Assembly (NCBI GenBank): GCA_963835085.1
Contig: CAWIED010000001.1
Span: 3,262,852-3,326,851, forward strand
Direction of reading: 5' to 3'
From: an uncultured Actinomycetota bacterium
GTDB lineage: Bacteria > Actinomycetota > Actinomycetes > Actinomycetales > CAWJMD01
DNA length: 64,000 bases
Shown: positions 17,877 to 26,490 of the stretch, in pieces
Position numbering within the stretch: the stretch's first letter is position 1
Layout of the letters: every line of letters starts with the position of its first letter
The notes under the pieces: generated by a model
Seen by the model: only the letters and a program-made list of their open reading frames with translations
Databases searched by the model: none
What the model was told of the DNA's origin: nothing
Translations under genes and position numbers: made by a program

Positions 17877-18608
17877 ATGGCGACGACAGTGCTCGACGAT
17901 GCCGCAGTAGAGCGGGTCCTGGTGATCTCGGCCCACCCCGACGACCACGACTTCGGGGTGGCCGGCACCATCGCCGCCTGGGTCGCCTCAGGCATCGAGG
18001 TGACGATCCTTGTGCTGACAGACGGCCAGGCCGGCGGTTTCGACGAGACCATCGACCGGGCCGAGATGCCCGGCATCCGGCACCGCGAACAGCGTGCCGC
18101 TGCAGCTGCGCTCGGGGTGAGCGACGTGCGTTTCGCGGGCTACGTCGACGGCGAGCTGGAGCCGACGCTCGAGGTGGTGCGTGACATCGTCCGCGTGATC
18201 CGGCAGGTGCGTCCGCAGCGGATGGTGTTCCAGTCGTCGGTGCGCAACTACGCGCGCATCGGCGGCTCGCATCCCGATCACCTGGCGGCAGGCGAGGCCG
18301 CCGTCCGGGCGCTGTTTCCGGCCAGTCGCAACCCTTTCGCGTTCCCCGAACTGCTCGAACACGAGGGCCTGCCGCCGTGGACGGTGCCGGAGATGTGGGT
18401 GATGGCCCACAACGAGGTCAATCACTACGTCGATGTCACCGACTACCTACCGGCCAAGCTGGCCGCGCTGCGCTGCCATGTGTCGCAGCACACCGACCAG
18501 GACCAGATCGCGACCTTCGTGCAGCAGTGGATGGCCCTTTCTGCCGCCGAGGCCGGCTTGCCTGAAGGTCGGTTCGCCGAAGTGTTCGCCGTCTACCCCT
18601 GCGGTTGA
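17877..18608 (+). CDS. PIG-L family deacetylase (LmbE/MshB-like)
   Basis: VLVISAHPDDHDFG and HPDH motifs. 243 aa. Confidence 0.85.
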   Translation: MATTVLDDAAVERVLVISAHPDDHDFGVAGTIAAWVASGIEVTILVLTDGQAGGFDETIDRAEMPGIRHREQRAAAAALGVSDVRFAGYVDGELEPTLEVVRDIVRVIRQVRPQRMVFQSSVRNYARIGGSHPDHLAAGEAAVRALFPASRNPFAFPELLEHEGLPPWTVPEMWVMAHNEVNHYVDVTDYLPAKLAALRCHVSQHTDQDQIATFVQQWMALSAAEAGLPEGRFAEVFAVYPCG

Positions 18609-18680
18609 TGTCGAACGCGTACTCAGGCCGAGACCCGCGCCACATCAACAGGTTTCACGTAGCCTGACGAGCATCGCAGG

Positions 18681-19835
18681 TCAGGCGTACCAGCCCGATG
18701 GGGTGAGCGCGCCGCCCATCCTCGGGACGTACTGGTCGAAGTAGATACGGGCGATCAACTCTCGGCGCGATCGGACGTCGGCTTTGTCGAAGACCGACTT
18801 GAGATGATCTTGAATCGTGTAGGACGACAGGTGGAGCGTCCTGGCGATCTCCTTGGTATCGACGCCCTGGAGTACGAGCTGGGTCACGTCGCGTTCGCGC
18901 GGGGTGAGTCCGAACGCCGCGACCACGAGTGCCACGATCTCCGGCGGCCGCGCCTCCTCGATGGTGATCACCACATCGCCGTCGCGGTCGCCGAAGGTGC
19001 TCAGCGGCCCGCCTTGCAGCACAAGCCACATCCCGGTCGCAGTGCGCACCCGGCACCGCGGCAAGCCCTCGGTCTCGCCCCGCGCATAGCGGCGAGCGGC
19101 CCCGATGAGCGCGGCCACGGGCGACAGCGGGTCGCCATGCGCGGGACCGGTCACCAGCTGCCCGAGCCGGCGTTCGGCTGCGGGCGTCATCTGGGTGACC
19201 TGATTGTCGGGGCCGACGATGATCACCGCCGGACCGGCGCCGACCATGGACACTCCGTCATCGACGACGTCGGCGAGCCGGGTGAGCAACCCGGCCCGGA
19301 CTCCGTGGGCGAACGGAACCGCTAGGGAGGCAAGGAACTCGATCTCCGCCGCATCGAACGGCGGGTCATCGTCGCCGCGGAAGAGCGCCATCGCACCCCA
19401 CACCTCGCGACCGTCGCGAAAGGCTAGCCGGGCCTCGTCGGCATAGCCGAAGTGCGGCCTCATGAAGGTGGCCATCCGGGTTGAGCGCTCGACCTCTCCC
19501 CCGGTGACGAGGTGAACCCCGGCTGCCGCGACCGTCGCGCGGGCGAGCTCGCTGAAAGTGGTCTCTTCGACAGAGCCGTACTCCAGCAGCCCGAACTCGT
19601 GATCATGACTATTGCGCGAGTGCAGATCGCCATACTTGCGGGCGCTGGTGAGGATGTGGGTGCTCGGATCATGCGTACCCACACACGCACTCACCCACGG
19701 CACGGCGCGCCTGACCGACAACACCGCCTCTTCGAGGAACGACTCGAGCTCCAGGCCGGCGCGGGCAACGACGCCTACGTCTTGGCGCACTCGCTCGGCA
19801 GTCAATGTCTGGCCCACATCAGCAGTGTCGCGCAT
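18681..19835 (-). CDS. LuxR-family transcriptional regulator with an N-terminal GAF/PAS-like sensor region, paralogue B
   Basis: C-terminal HTH LTPRERDVTQLVLQGVDTKEIARTLHLSSYTIQDHLKSVFDKADV. Same architecture as 14325..15395. Confidence 0.8.
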   Translation of the reverse strand: MRDTADVGQTLTAERVRQDVGVVARAGLELESFLEEAVLSVRRAVPWVSACVGTHDPSTHILTSARKYGDLHSRNSHDHEFGLLEYGSVEETTFSELARATVAAAGVHLVTGGEVERSTRMATFMRPHFGYADEARLAFRDGREVWGAMALFRGDDDPPFDAAEIEFLASLAVPFAHGVRAGLLTRLADVVDDGVSMVGAGPAVIIVGPDNQVTQMTPAAERRLGQLVTGPAHGDPLSPVAALIGAARRYARGETEGLPRCRVRTATGMWLVLQGGPLSTFGDRDGDVVITIEEARPPEIVALVVAAFGLTPRERDVTQLVLQGVDTKEIARTLHLSSYTIQDHLKSVFDKADVRSRRELIARIYFDQYVPRMGGALTPSGWYA

Positions 19836-19982
19836 CTGAGCGCGCAGAGGTATCCCACATTTCTGGGTGGTGCGCTCCCCCAGAAGCGGCGTCTACCAAG
19901 TCCACAGCAGTTCGGGATAGTCCGCCGCCGCCGCAGCGTCGCAAGGTTGCCACCCGTCCACCACCTGAGGAAAAGGAACGCC

Positions 19983-21350
19983 ATGACCACTGCCCCAGAC
20001 ATCACACCCCTCACCGCCCTGGTCAGCGACTGCGAGATCCACCTTGCCGGCGACGCCGGCTACGACGCCGCGCGGATGCCGTGGAACGTCGCCATCGACC
20101 AGCGGCCGGCTGCGGTCGCCATCCCCCGCACCATCCACCAGGTGCAGGACGTGGTGCGCGCCGCCGCGGCGGCCGGCCTGAAAGTCGCACCCCAGAGCAC
20201 CGGTCACGCGGCGGCCGCCCTTGCCGAACGCCCCTTGGACGATGTCGTTCTCGTGCGTCTGTCCGAGCTGACCGGTGTCTTGGTCGAGCCGACCACTGGC
20301 ACGGCGAGAATTCTCGGCGGCACCCTGTGGCGCGACGTCATCGACGCCGCCACCGCGCGGGGCCTGACCGCGCTGCACGGCTCGTCGCCGGACGTGGCCG
20401 TCGTCGGTTACGTCCTCGGCGGAGGCTTGTCGTTCTACGGGCGCCTGCACGGGGTGGCCGCCAATTCGATCCGGTCAGTCGAGGTCGTGACCGCCGACGG
20501 CAGCCTGATCAGAGCGTCGGCAACCGAGTATCAGGAACTCTTCTGGGCGGTCAGGGGTGGCGGGGGCAACTTCGGCGTCGTCGTGGCTATCGAGCTCGAA
20601 CTGCTGCCCTACCCCGACGTCGTCGCCGGCATGCTGCTCTGGGATCGCGAGCGCGCCCCCGAGGTCGTGCGCCGCTGGGTCGAATGGAGCCGTACGGCCC
20701 CGGAGAGCGTCACCACCTCGCTGCGAGTGATGAGCTTTCCCCCAATCCCCGAGCTGCCCCCGTTTCTGTCGGGGCGCGACATCGTCGTCATAGACGGTGC
20801 AGTCGTAGAGACGGATGAGCGGACGGCCGAAGTGCTCGAGCCATTGCGTGCCCTGGCACCGGAACTGGACACCTTCGGTCGCATTCCCTCGGCGGCCTTG
20901 CTCGATGTGCACATGGACCCGCCCGGGCCGTCGCCGGTGGTCGGCGACCATTGCGTTCTCGGAGAGCTTGACGACGCGGCGGTCGAGGCCTTCTTGGCTC
21001 AGGTCGGGCCGGGAACCGGGAGCGGTCTCATTTTTGCCGAACTGCGCCAGCTCTCAGGAGCTTTCGCGCGGCCGAGCGCCGGGGGCGGAGTGCTCAGCTC
21101 AGTGGACGGCGAATACGCGCTGATGTGCGTCGCAACGGCGCCCACCCCTCAAGCCGTTGTCGAAGGCCGGGTCGCGGCCTTCTCTGCGGTGCGGGCGATG
21201 AGCCGCTGGTCGCAGGCCGGCTTGGTGCCGACCTTCACCGAGACCCGGGTTCAGGCGAGCCGCTTCTACGGCGCCGACCTGGCCGAACTGTGCCGGATCC
21301 GGGATGCGGTCGACCCGAACCGGCTCTTCGTGGCAAACCATCCCCTCTGA
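19983..21350 (+). CDS. FAD-linked oxidase (PCMH/BBE-like), paralogue B
   Basis: LFWAVRGGGGNFGVVVA and C-terminal DPNRLFVANHPL. Start set at ATG 19983 (MTTAPDITPL). The track ORF upstream of that overlaps the LuxR gene on the opposite strand. Confidence 0.85.
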   Translation: MTTAPDITPLTALVSDCEIHLAGDAGYDAARMPWNVAIDQRPAAVAIPRTIHQVQDVVRAAAAAGLKVAPQSTGHAAAALAERPLDDVVLVRLSELTGVLVEPTTGTARILGGTLWRDVIDAATARGLTALHGSSPDVAVVGYVLGGGLSFYGRLHGVAANSIRSVEVVTADGSLIRASATEYQELFWAVRGGGGNFGVVVAIELELLPYPDVVAGMLLWDRERAPEVVRRWVEWSRTAPESVTTSLRVMSFPPIPELPPFLSGRDIVVIDGAVVETDERTAEVLEPLRALAPELDTFGRIPSAALLDVHMDPPGPSPVVGDHCVLGELDDAAVEAFLAQVGPGTGSGLIFAELRQLSGAFARPSAGGGVLSSVDGEYALMCVATAPTPQAVVEGRVAAFSAVRAMSRWSQAGLVPTFTETRVQASRFYGADLAELCRIRDAVDPNRLFVANHPL

Positions 21351-21366
21351 GCTTGCCACGGCGCGC

Positions 21367-21396
21367 GCCCGGCTCCACGCTCTCGTGGAGCCGGGC
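21367..21396 (+). terminator. Hairpin after the FAD oxidase gene (12-bp perfect stem)
   Basis: GCCCGGCTCCAC-gctctc-GTGGAGCCGGGC followed by TCGTTG. Begins 17 nt after the stop at 21350. Confidence 0.55.
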
Positions 21397-21503
21397 TCGT
21401 TGCCGTGTCCGTACTGGTCACCGGTCCTCAGTTGCATTTCGCCGCGACGAAGGCACTTCCTTCGCTCATCAAGGCGTCCCACGCCCAACCTGTCATGGCA
21501 GAG

Positions 21504-21600
21504 GTTGCGCGATCTCGACTACATCGAGAGGTTCACCCTCGGCCTCCTCGTGCTCGCCACGGTCACAGATCGAGGCACGATGTAGTCCAGATTGCGCTAC
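21504..21600. repeat. ~97-bp element with terminal inverted repeats (MITE-like), copy 1
   Basis: The left end GTTGCGCGATCTCGACTACATCG is the reverse complement of the right end CGATGTAGTCCAGATTGCGCTAC with 3 mismatches in 23. A related copy lies at 50102-50199 in the opposite internal orientation. Confidence 0.7.
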
Positions 21601-21798
21601 CCCCATCGCAAGAGGACTGTGTTTCACCCCAAATCACCAACCCGACCTCACGCCTTTGCGCATCCGGCTCGATTCGGCAACCGGCGCGCACGGGGAAGAC
21701 TGTTGTGGCAACCATGGACTAATGGATCCGCCGATTTTCGGCGCGCCAACAAACCAACCCGCGTCGAAGCACAAGATTGCTCGGCTCCGGCTAGATCC

Positions 21799-23007
21799 TC
21801 ATGAGCTGGCAATCGCCTCCACGCCCGCGAGCAGCCGCTCGACGTCGTCGAGATTGGAATAGGGCACCAGCCCCGCGCGCACGGCACCTTCGTCGCCGAG
21901 GCCCAGGTGGCGCGAGGCTTGCAGCGCGTAGAAGCTACCCGCCGGAGCGTTCACGGCTCGGTCGGCGAGCTGCGCCGCCACAGCGGCGGACGGCACACCG
22001 CGCACCTCGAACAACACCGTCGGAGTACTACGTGTCGGCGACCCCACGAGACCAACTCCCGCGATCGAGCCCAGGCCCGCCACTAGATGGGCGAACAACG
22101 AGTCTTCGTAGTCGGCCAGGGCCGCGAAGGAGGCATCGAGCCGCTCACTCCTGGTGCCCTCCGTCGGCACCAGACCGGCAAGCACCTCAACCGCCGCGGT
22201 GGTGCCGGCCATGAGCTCGTATGGCAGCGTGCCCAACTCGAACCGCTCGGGAACCGCATCGCTCGACGGCACGAGCTTGTCAGGCCGCAAAGAATCCAAC
22301 AGGTCTGGCGAGGCGGCCAACACCCCACAATGTGGTCCGAGGAACTTGTATGGCGAGCAGGCCAGGAAATCGACGCCGAGGTTCGCGAGGTTCGTTCGCA
22401 CGTGCGGCACGTGGTGCACCGCGTCGAGATACACCAAGGCGCCGCTCTGGTGGGCGACTGCGGCGATCGCGGCGATGTCGGGTCGGGTGCCGACGAGGTT
22501 CGAGGCAGCGGTGAAAGCCACCAAGCGGGTCTTGTCGCTGAGCTGCGCCGACACCTGCTCGACGGCGAGATCGCCTGTCTCGGTGTCGAAGTCGACCATC
22601 CGCACGGTGGCGCCGACAGCGCTCGCCGCCGCCAGCCAGGGGCTGATATTGGAGTCATGGTCGAGCCGCGTGAGCACGAGCTCGTCGCCGGCCCGCCAGG
22701 TCTTGGCCAGCGCGCGCGAGGCGTCGTAGGCCAGAGCCGTGGCGCTACGGCCGAAGACGATGCCCGCGGGGTCGGCACCGAGAAGATCGCCCAAGGCGCT
22801 GCGGCAGTCGGCCACCACCGCGTCGGCCCGGCGGGCAGCGGCGGTCACCGGTCCCCGATTGGCGATGGCCGACGTGAGGGTCGCCGCTACGGCGTGAGCC
22901 ACCGGCGTGGGCACCTGGGTGCCCCCCGGACCGTCGAAATGGGCTGCGCCATCGCGCAGCGCCGGGAACAAGGCACGGACCCGCTCAACGTCGTAACACA
23001 CGCGCAA
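21799..23007 (-). CDS. Cysteine desulfurase-like class-V PLP enzyme
   Basis: 402 aa with the PLP lysine context FLACSPYKFLGPHCGVLAA. Class-V aminotransferase fold. Confidence 0.8.
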   Translation of the reverse strand: MRVCYDVERVRALFPALRDGAAHFDGPGGTQVPTPVAHAVAATLTSAIANRGPVTAAARRADAVVADCRSALGDLLGADPAGIVFGRSATALAYDASRALAKTWRAGDELVLTRLDHDSNISPWLAAASAVGATVRMVDFDTETGDLAVEQVSAQLSDKTRLVAFTAASNLVGTRPDIAAIAAVAHQSGALVYLDAVHHVPHVRTNLANLGVDFLACSPYKFLGPHCGVLAASPDLLDSLRPDKLVPSSDAVPERFELGTLPYELMAGTTAAVEVLAGLVPTEGTRSERLDASFAALADYEDSLFAHLVAGLGSIAGVGLVGSPTRSTPTVLFEVRGVPSAAVAAQLADRAVNAPAGSFYALQASRHLGLGDEGAVRAGLVPYSNLDDVERLLAGVEAIASS

Positions 23008-23087
23008 ACCCTAGCTGTACGAGGTCAGGACGTGGTCGACGCCAGGATGCGGCTGTCGCGCTCGATCTCTTGGCGGCGCATGGTCCG

Positions 23088-23465
23088 TTACCGGCTAGAA
23101 GCAGAGCCTGGAATCTCGTCGAGCGAGTAGTAGACCGGCAGACCTCGGCCTTGCGCGATCGCTACGTCCTGGTCGGCACCGCGGGATTCCCCAGGCAGCC
23201 GCAGCACTGCGTCACAGTGCTGCAGAAGGCGCTCGGCCGTGGGGTACATGACCTCGGCTGCCAGCGCGTCGGTCGGGCCGCTTGCTCCCGCGCTCGCCAG
23301 CACGGGCAGAGCCACCCACTCGCCGATCATCGGGACATGACCGGCCCGGAAGATCGGCCAGGCCGCCTCCTCGAGCCGCTTGAGATTCCGCGCCATCAGT
23401 TCTGAGTTGCCGCCCGTGCCCGACGCGTAGGGGCCGGCGATGAGAATCAACATAGGCTTGTTCAC
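23088..23465 (-). CDS. Hypothetical protein, nucleoside 2-deoxyribosyltransferase-like / DUF4406-like (tentative)
   Basis: 125 aa. MLILIAGPYASGTGGNSELMARNLKRLEEAAWPIFRAGHVP resembles the small flavodoxin-like family I recall as DUF4406. Divergent from the DeoR gene. Confidence 0.5.
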   Translation of the reverse strand: MNKPMLILIAGPYASGTGGNSELMARNLKRLEEAAWPIFRAGHVPMIGEWVALPVLASAGASGPTDALAAEVMYPTAERLLQHCDAVLRLPGESRGADQDVAIAQGRGLPVYYSLDEIPGSASSR

Positions 23466-23474
23466 ACTCGGAAC

Positions 23475-23503
23475 AATACAGCAAGATCAAGCAAAATACA
23501 GCA
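23475..23503. promoter_or_regulatory. Direct repeat AATACAGCA x2 (20-bp period) in an AT-rich divergent promoter region; candidate DeoR operator
   Basis: AATACAGCA occurs at 23475-23483 and 23495-23503. A CATAAT -10-like hexamer lies at 23502-23507. Confidence 0.4.
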
Positions 23504-23532
23504 TAATCATGCAACAACAGGAGGGAACCGGA

Positions 23533-24300
23533 ATGCTTGCGGCCGCCCGCAAAGACCTGCTCTTAGATCGACTGCGCCGCGACGGGCGGATCGTCGCCAA
23601 GGAGATCGCGGCAGAGCTTGGCCTCTCTGAAGACAGCATCCGCCGTGACCTACGCGAACTCGACAACGCCGGCCTGGCCGTGCGGGTGTACGGCGGCGCG
23701 CTGCCCGCATCCCCGGCCGTCGCCGACTACGCCAGTCGCGGATCCGTCGCCCCGGACAGCAAGCGACGCGTTGCTGCCGCCGCCGTAGCGCTCATCGAGC
23801 CTGGTGCCACGGTGATCCTCGACGGCGGCACCACGACCCTCGCGATGGTCGATGCCCTGCCCAGAACATTCCAATGCACCGTCATCACCCATAGTCCGAC
23901 CATCGCCGCCGCGCTGCTCGACCACGCCGCCAACGTCTTCCTGATCGGCGGCCAGCTGTTCAAACACTCCGCCGTGGCCTGCGGCGCGGCCGCCGTCGAG
24001 GCCGCGAACAAGATCAGCGCCGACCTGTTCTTCCTAGGGGTCACCGGCGTGCATCCCACCGCAGGCCTGACAACCGGCGACCCGGACGAGGCCGCGATGA
24101 AACGCGCCCTCGCCGCACGCGCAGCCGACACCTACGTACTCGCCAGCGACGAGAAGATCGGCGCGGCATCCCGTTACAGCGTCCTGCCCCTCGACGCCAT
24201 CACCGGGATCATCACCGATATGGACAAGAGCAATCCAGCTCTGCGCGAACTCGCCGCGGCTGGAATCACACTCATCCAAGCCGATCGACACGCGCGTTGA
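23533..24300 (+). CDS. DeoR/GlpR family transcriptional regulator
   Basis: HTH LLLDRLRRDGRIVAKEIAAELGLSEDSIRRDLRELDNAGL followed by a sugar-phosphate-sensor-type C-terminus. GGAGGG SD before ATG 23533. Confidence 0.85.
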   Translation: MLAAARKDLLLDRLRRDGRIVAKEIAAELGLSEDSIRRDLRELDNAGLAVRVYGGALPASPAVADYASRGSVAPDSKRRVAAAAVALIEPGATVILDGGTTTLAMVDALPRTFQCTVITHSPTIAAALLDHAANVFLIGGQLFKHSAVACGAAAVEAANKISADLFFLGVTGVHPTAGLTTGDPDEAAMKRALAARAADTYVLASDEKIGAASRYSVLPLDAITGIITDMDKSNPALRELAAAGITLIQADRHAR

Positions 24301-24310
24301 CACCAGTTGG

Positions 24311-25726
24311 TCATCTGGCCACCGCCCTGGCCACCAGCCGGGCCACCTGTGCTGCGGCCGATGCCGGCAACTGGGCATAGCCGAGCACCAGTCCGCGGGC
24401 GGATGCCTGGGTGCAGTAGGCCGACAGCGGTTCGGTCTCCATTCCCTGGTCGGCAAGCCACGACACGATGGCCACGTCGTCGGCACCCTCGTCGAGGCTG
24501 AGCACCAGATGCAGCCCCGCGTCCACCCCCAGCAGCTCGTGGTTCGGCAGCAGCCTGGTGAGTTCTCGGGCCAGCGACTGGCGGCGGTGGGCATACTCGC
24601 GGCTGGCGCGCGCCAGGTGGCGGCTGAGGGCTCCGGAGGAGATGAATCGCGCGAGCATCCGGGCGGCGGTGGGATCCACACCCAACGACAGCCGGCGGAC
24701 GGCCGTCGCAATGGGGTCGACCCAGCGCTCGGGCGCCACCACCCAGGCCAGTCGCAGCCCGGTGGTGAGCATCTTCGAGGCGGTGCCCAGATAGACCACA
24801 TGCTCGTCGCCTCCGCCGAGGGCCCGCATGGCCGGCAAAGGCGATACGCCGTAACGGAATTCACCGTCGTAGTCGTCTTCGATGATCAACGCCGAGTGCC
24901 GGGCGGCCCACGCCAGTAGATCGCTACGCCGCTCCACGGGCAACCGTCCGCCCAGGGGGTACTGATGCGCGGGCGTGACGTAGACGGCTGCGTCGTCGGC
25001 GCGCAGGAGAGCCGGGTCGAGACCGTCCGCGTCTACCGCGACACTGCGCACCGTGGCCCCCACCTCGGCAAGCGCGCTCGGCACCTCGCGATAGCCCGGA
25101 TCTTCCACGGCCACCGTCCGCCGTTGCAGGTCCAGGCCATCGAACACCGCGCGAAGGCCGGCTGCGATACCGGGCACCATGACCACCCGGCCCGGGTTCA
25201 CCACGACACCGCGAGTTCTCCGCAGGTGATCGACCAGGGCCGCGGCAAGCTCGTGATGGGCCAACGGGTCGACCGCTGTAGCCACCTGCTCTGCCGACGA
25301 CGACCAGGCACGGCGCCAGGCCCGGGCGTCGATGAGGTCGCTGTCGGGACTGCCGGCGCGCACCACCCAGCGCGGTCCGGTCGGTTCACGGCAAGGGACG
25401 GTCGTTCGGCCGGCACCACTGTCGGCCACGTGGGTGCCGGCCCCCAGCCTCGCCGCCCGGTCGGAGCCTGGCGCGACGAACGTGCCCGACCCCGCTACCG
25501 AGGTGACGTACCCGGCGGCCAGCAGCTCGTCGTAGGCATCGATCACCGCCGCCCTGCCGATGCCAAGCTGACCGGCCAGGCCGCGACTCGACGGCAGGGG
25601 GTCACCGGGACGCAACCTGCCTCCGGCGATAGCTTCGACCACCGCGTCGGCCACCCGGTGTCGCAGCGGGGCGGCACCCGGTGCGAGCGTGAAGGCGATG
25701 CTGCTGCCCTGCGGGGTGCGAGCCAT
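24311..25726 (-). CDS. MocR-type regulator (GntR HTH fused to an aminotransferase-like PLP domain)
   Basis: N-terminal GntR wHTH (GRLRPGDPLPSSRGLAGQLGIGRAAVIDAYDELLAAGYV) followed by a fold-type-I aminotransferase domain. 471 aa. Confidence 0.85.
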   Translation of the reverse strand: MARTPQGSSIAFTLAPGAAPLRHRVADAVVEAIAGGRLRPGDPLPSSRGLAGQLGIGRAAVIDAYDELLAAGYVTSVAGSGTFVAPGSDRAARLGAGTHVADSGAGRTTVPCREPTGPRWVVRAGSPDSDLIDARAWRRAWSSSAEQVATAVDPLAHHELAAALVDHLRRTRGVVVNPGRVVMVPGIAAGLRAVFDGLDLQRRTVAVEDPGYREVPSALAEVGATVRSVAVDADGLDPALLRADDAAVYVTPAHQYPLGGRLPVERRSDLLAWAARHSALIIEDDYDGEFRYGVSPLPAMRALGGGDEHVVYLGTASKMLTTGLRLAWVVAPERWVDPIATAVRRLSLGVDPTAARMLARFISSGALSRHLARASREYAHRRQSLARELTRLLPNHELLGVDAGLHLVLSLDEGADDVAIVSWLADQGMETEPLSAYCTQASARGLVLGYAQLPASAAAQVARLVARAVAR

Positions 25727-25806
25727 GACACCGGAGAATACCGGTCTCGTCAGATCACGCGATTCTGGCGCAAAGCTCTAGACCAGATAGCCGCTATCGT
25801 GACGGC

Positions 25807-26490
25807 ATGGCAACGGCTCAGAACCACGTCATCAACCGGCACCGCGAACGCTCCCGCACCGAACGGGCTCAGCTCGACGCAGTGCTCGACGCGATTCCGT
25901 ACGGCACGTTGTGCACCGTGGTCGATGGTGCACCCTGGGTGGTGCCCATGCTCTTCCACCGCGATGGTGATCGCATTCTGTTGCACGGCTCCACCGGGGC
26001 CGGCGCGCTGCGTCGGGTCGCCGCCGGCGCTCCCGCCGCGTTGTGCGTCATGATCTTCGACGGCGTGGTGGCGGCCGCCTCCACGTTCGACTCGTCGGCC
26101 AACTACCGCTCGGCGGTGGTGTACGGCACGCTCGCCCCGCTTGCGGGCGACGACAAATGGAATGCCCTCAACGCCTTGTCGGACGGTGTGATCCCTGGCC
26201 GCACACAAGAGGTGCGCGACATGACCGACAAGGAGCAGGCCGCCACGCTGGCCATGGCGCTGCCCATCACGGGAGGCGCTTGGACGGTCAAGGTCCGCAC
26301 CGGAGGCCCCGGCGAGGATGAGGAGCACGCCGGCGTGTGGGAAGGCGTCATCCCCGCGAGGATCGTCTTCGACGAACCGGTTGCCGCCCCGTGGGTGCCC
26401 ACCGACCAGGCGGTGCCCGAGTCCATCCGTCGGCTCAGCGAGCACGGTTGGCCGGGGTACTCGGCCGAGCCCGTCTGTGAGCCCGCATGA
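25807..26490 (+). CDS. Pyridoxamine 5'-phosphate oxidase family (FMN-binding split-barrel) protein
   Basis: RAQLDAVLDAIPYGTLCTVVDGAPWVVPMLFHRDGDRILLHGS is typical of this family. Divergent from the MocR gene. Confidence 0.75.
   Translation: MATAQNHVINRHRERSRTERAQLDAVLDAIPYGTLCTVVDGAPWVVPMLFHRDGDRILLHGSTGAGALRRVAAGAPAALCVMIFDGVVAAASTFDSSANYRSAVVYGTLAPLAGDDKWNALNALSDGVIPGRTQEVRDMTDKEQAATLAMALPITGGAWTVKVRTGGPGEDEEHAGVWEGVIPARIVFDEPVAAPWVPTDQAVPESIRRLSEHGWPGYSAEPVCEPA

Noticed and set aside
21507-21585. A small ORF inside the MITE-like element (R-D-L-D-Y-I-E...G-T-M-stop). It looked conserved at the amino-acid level with the reverse strand of copy 2 (R-N-L-D-H-I-Q...F-S-M-stop).
   Set aside because: The matching ends are a direct consequence of the terminal inverted repeats. 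Copy 2 has a stop codon immediately upstream and no start codon. The interior similarity is explained at the nucleotide level.
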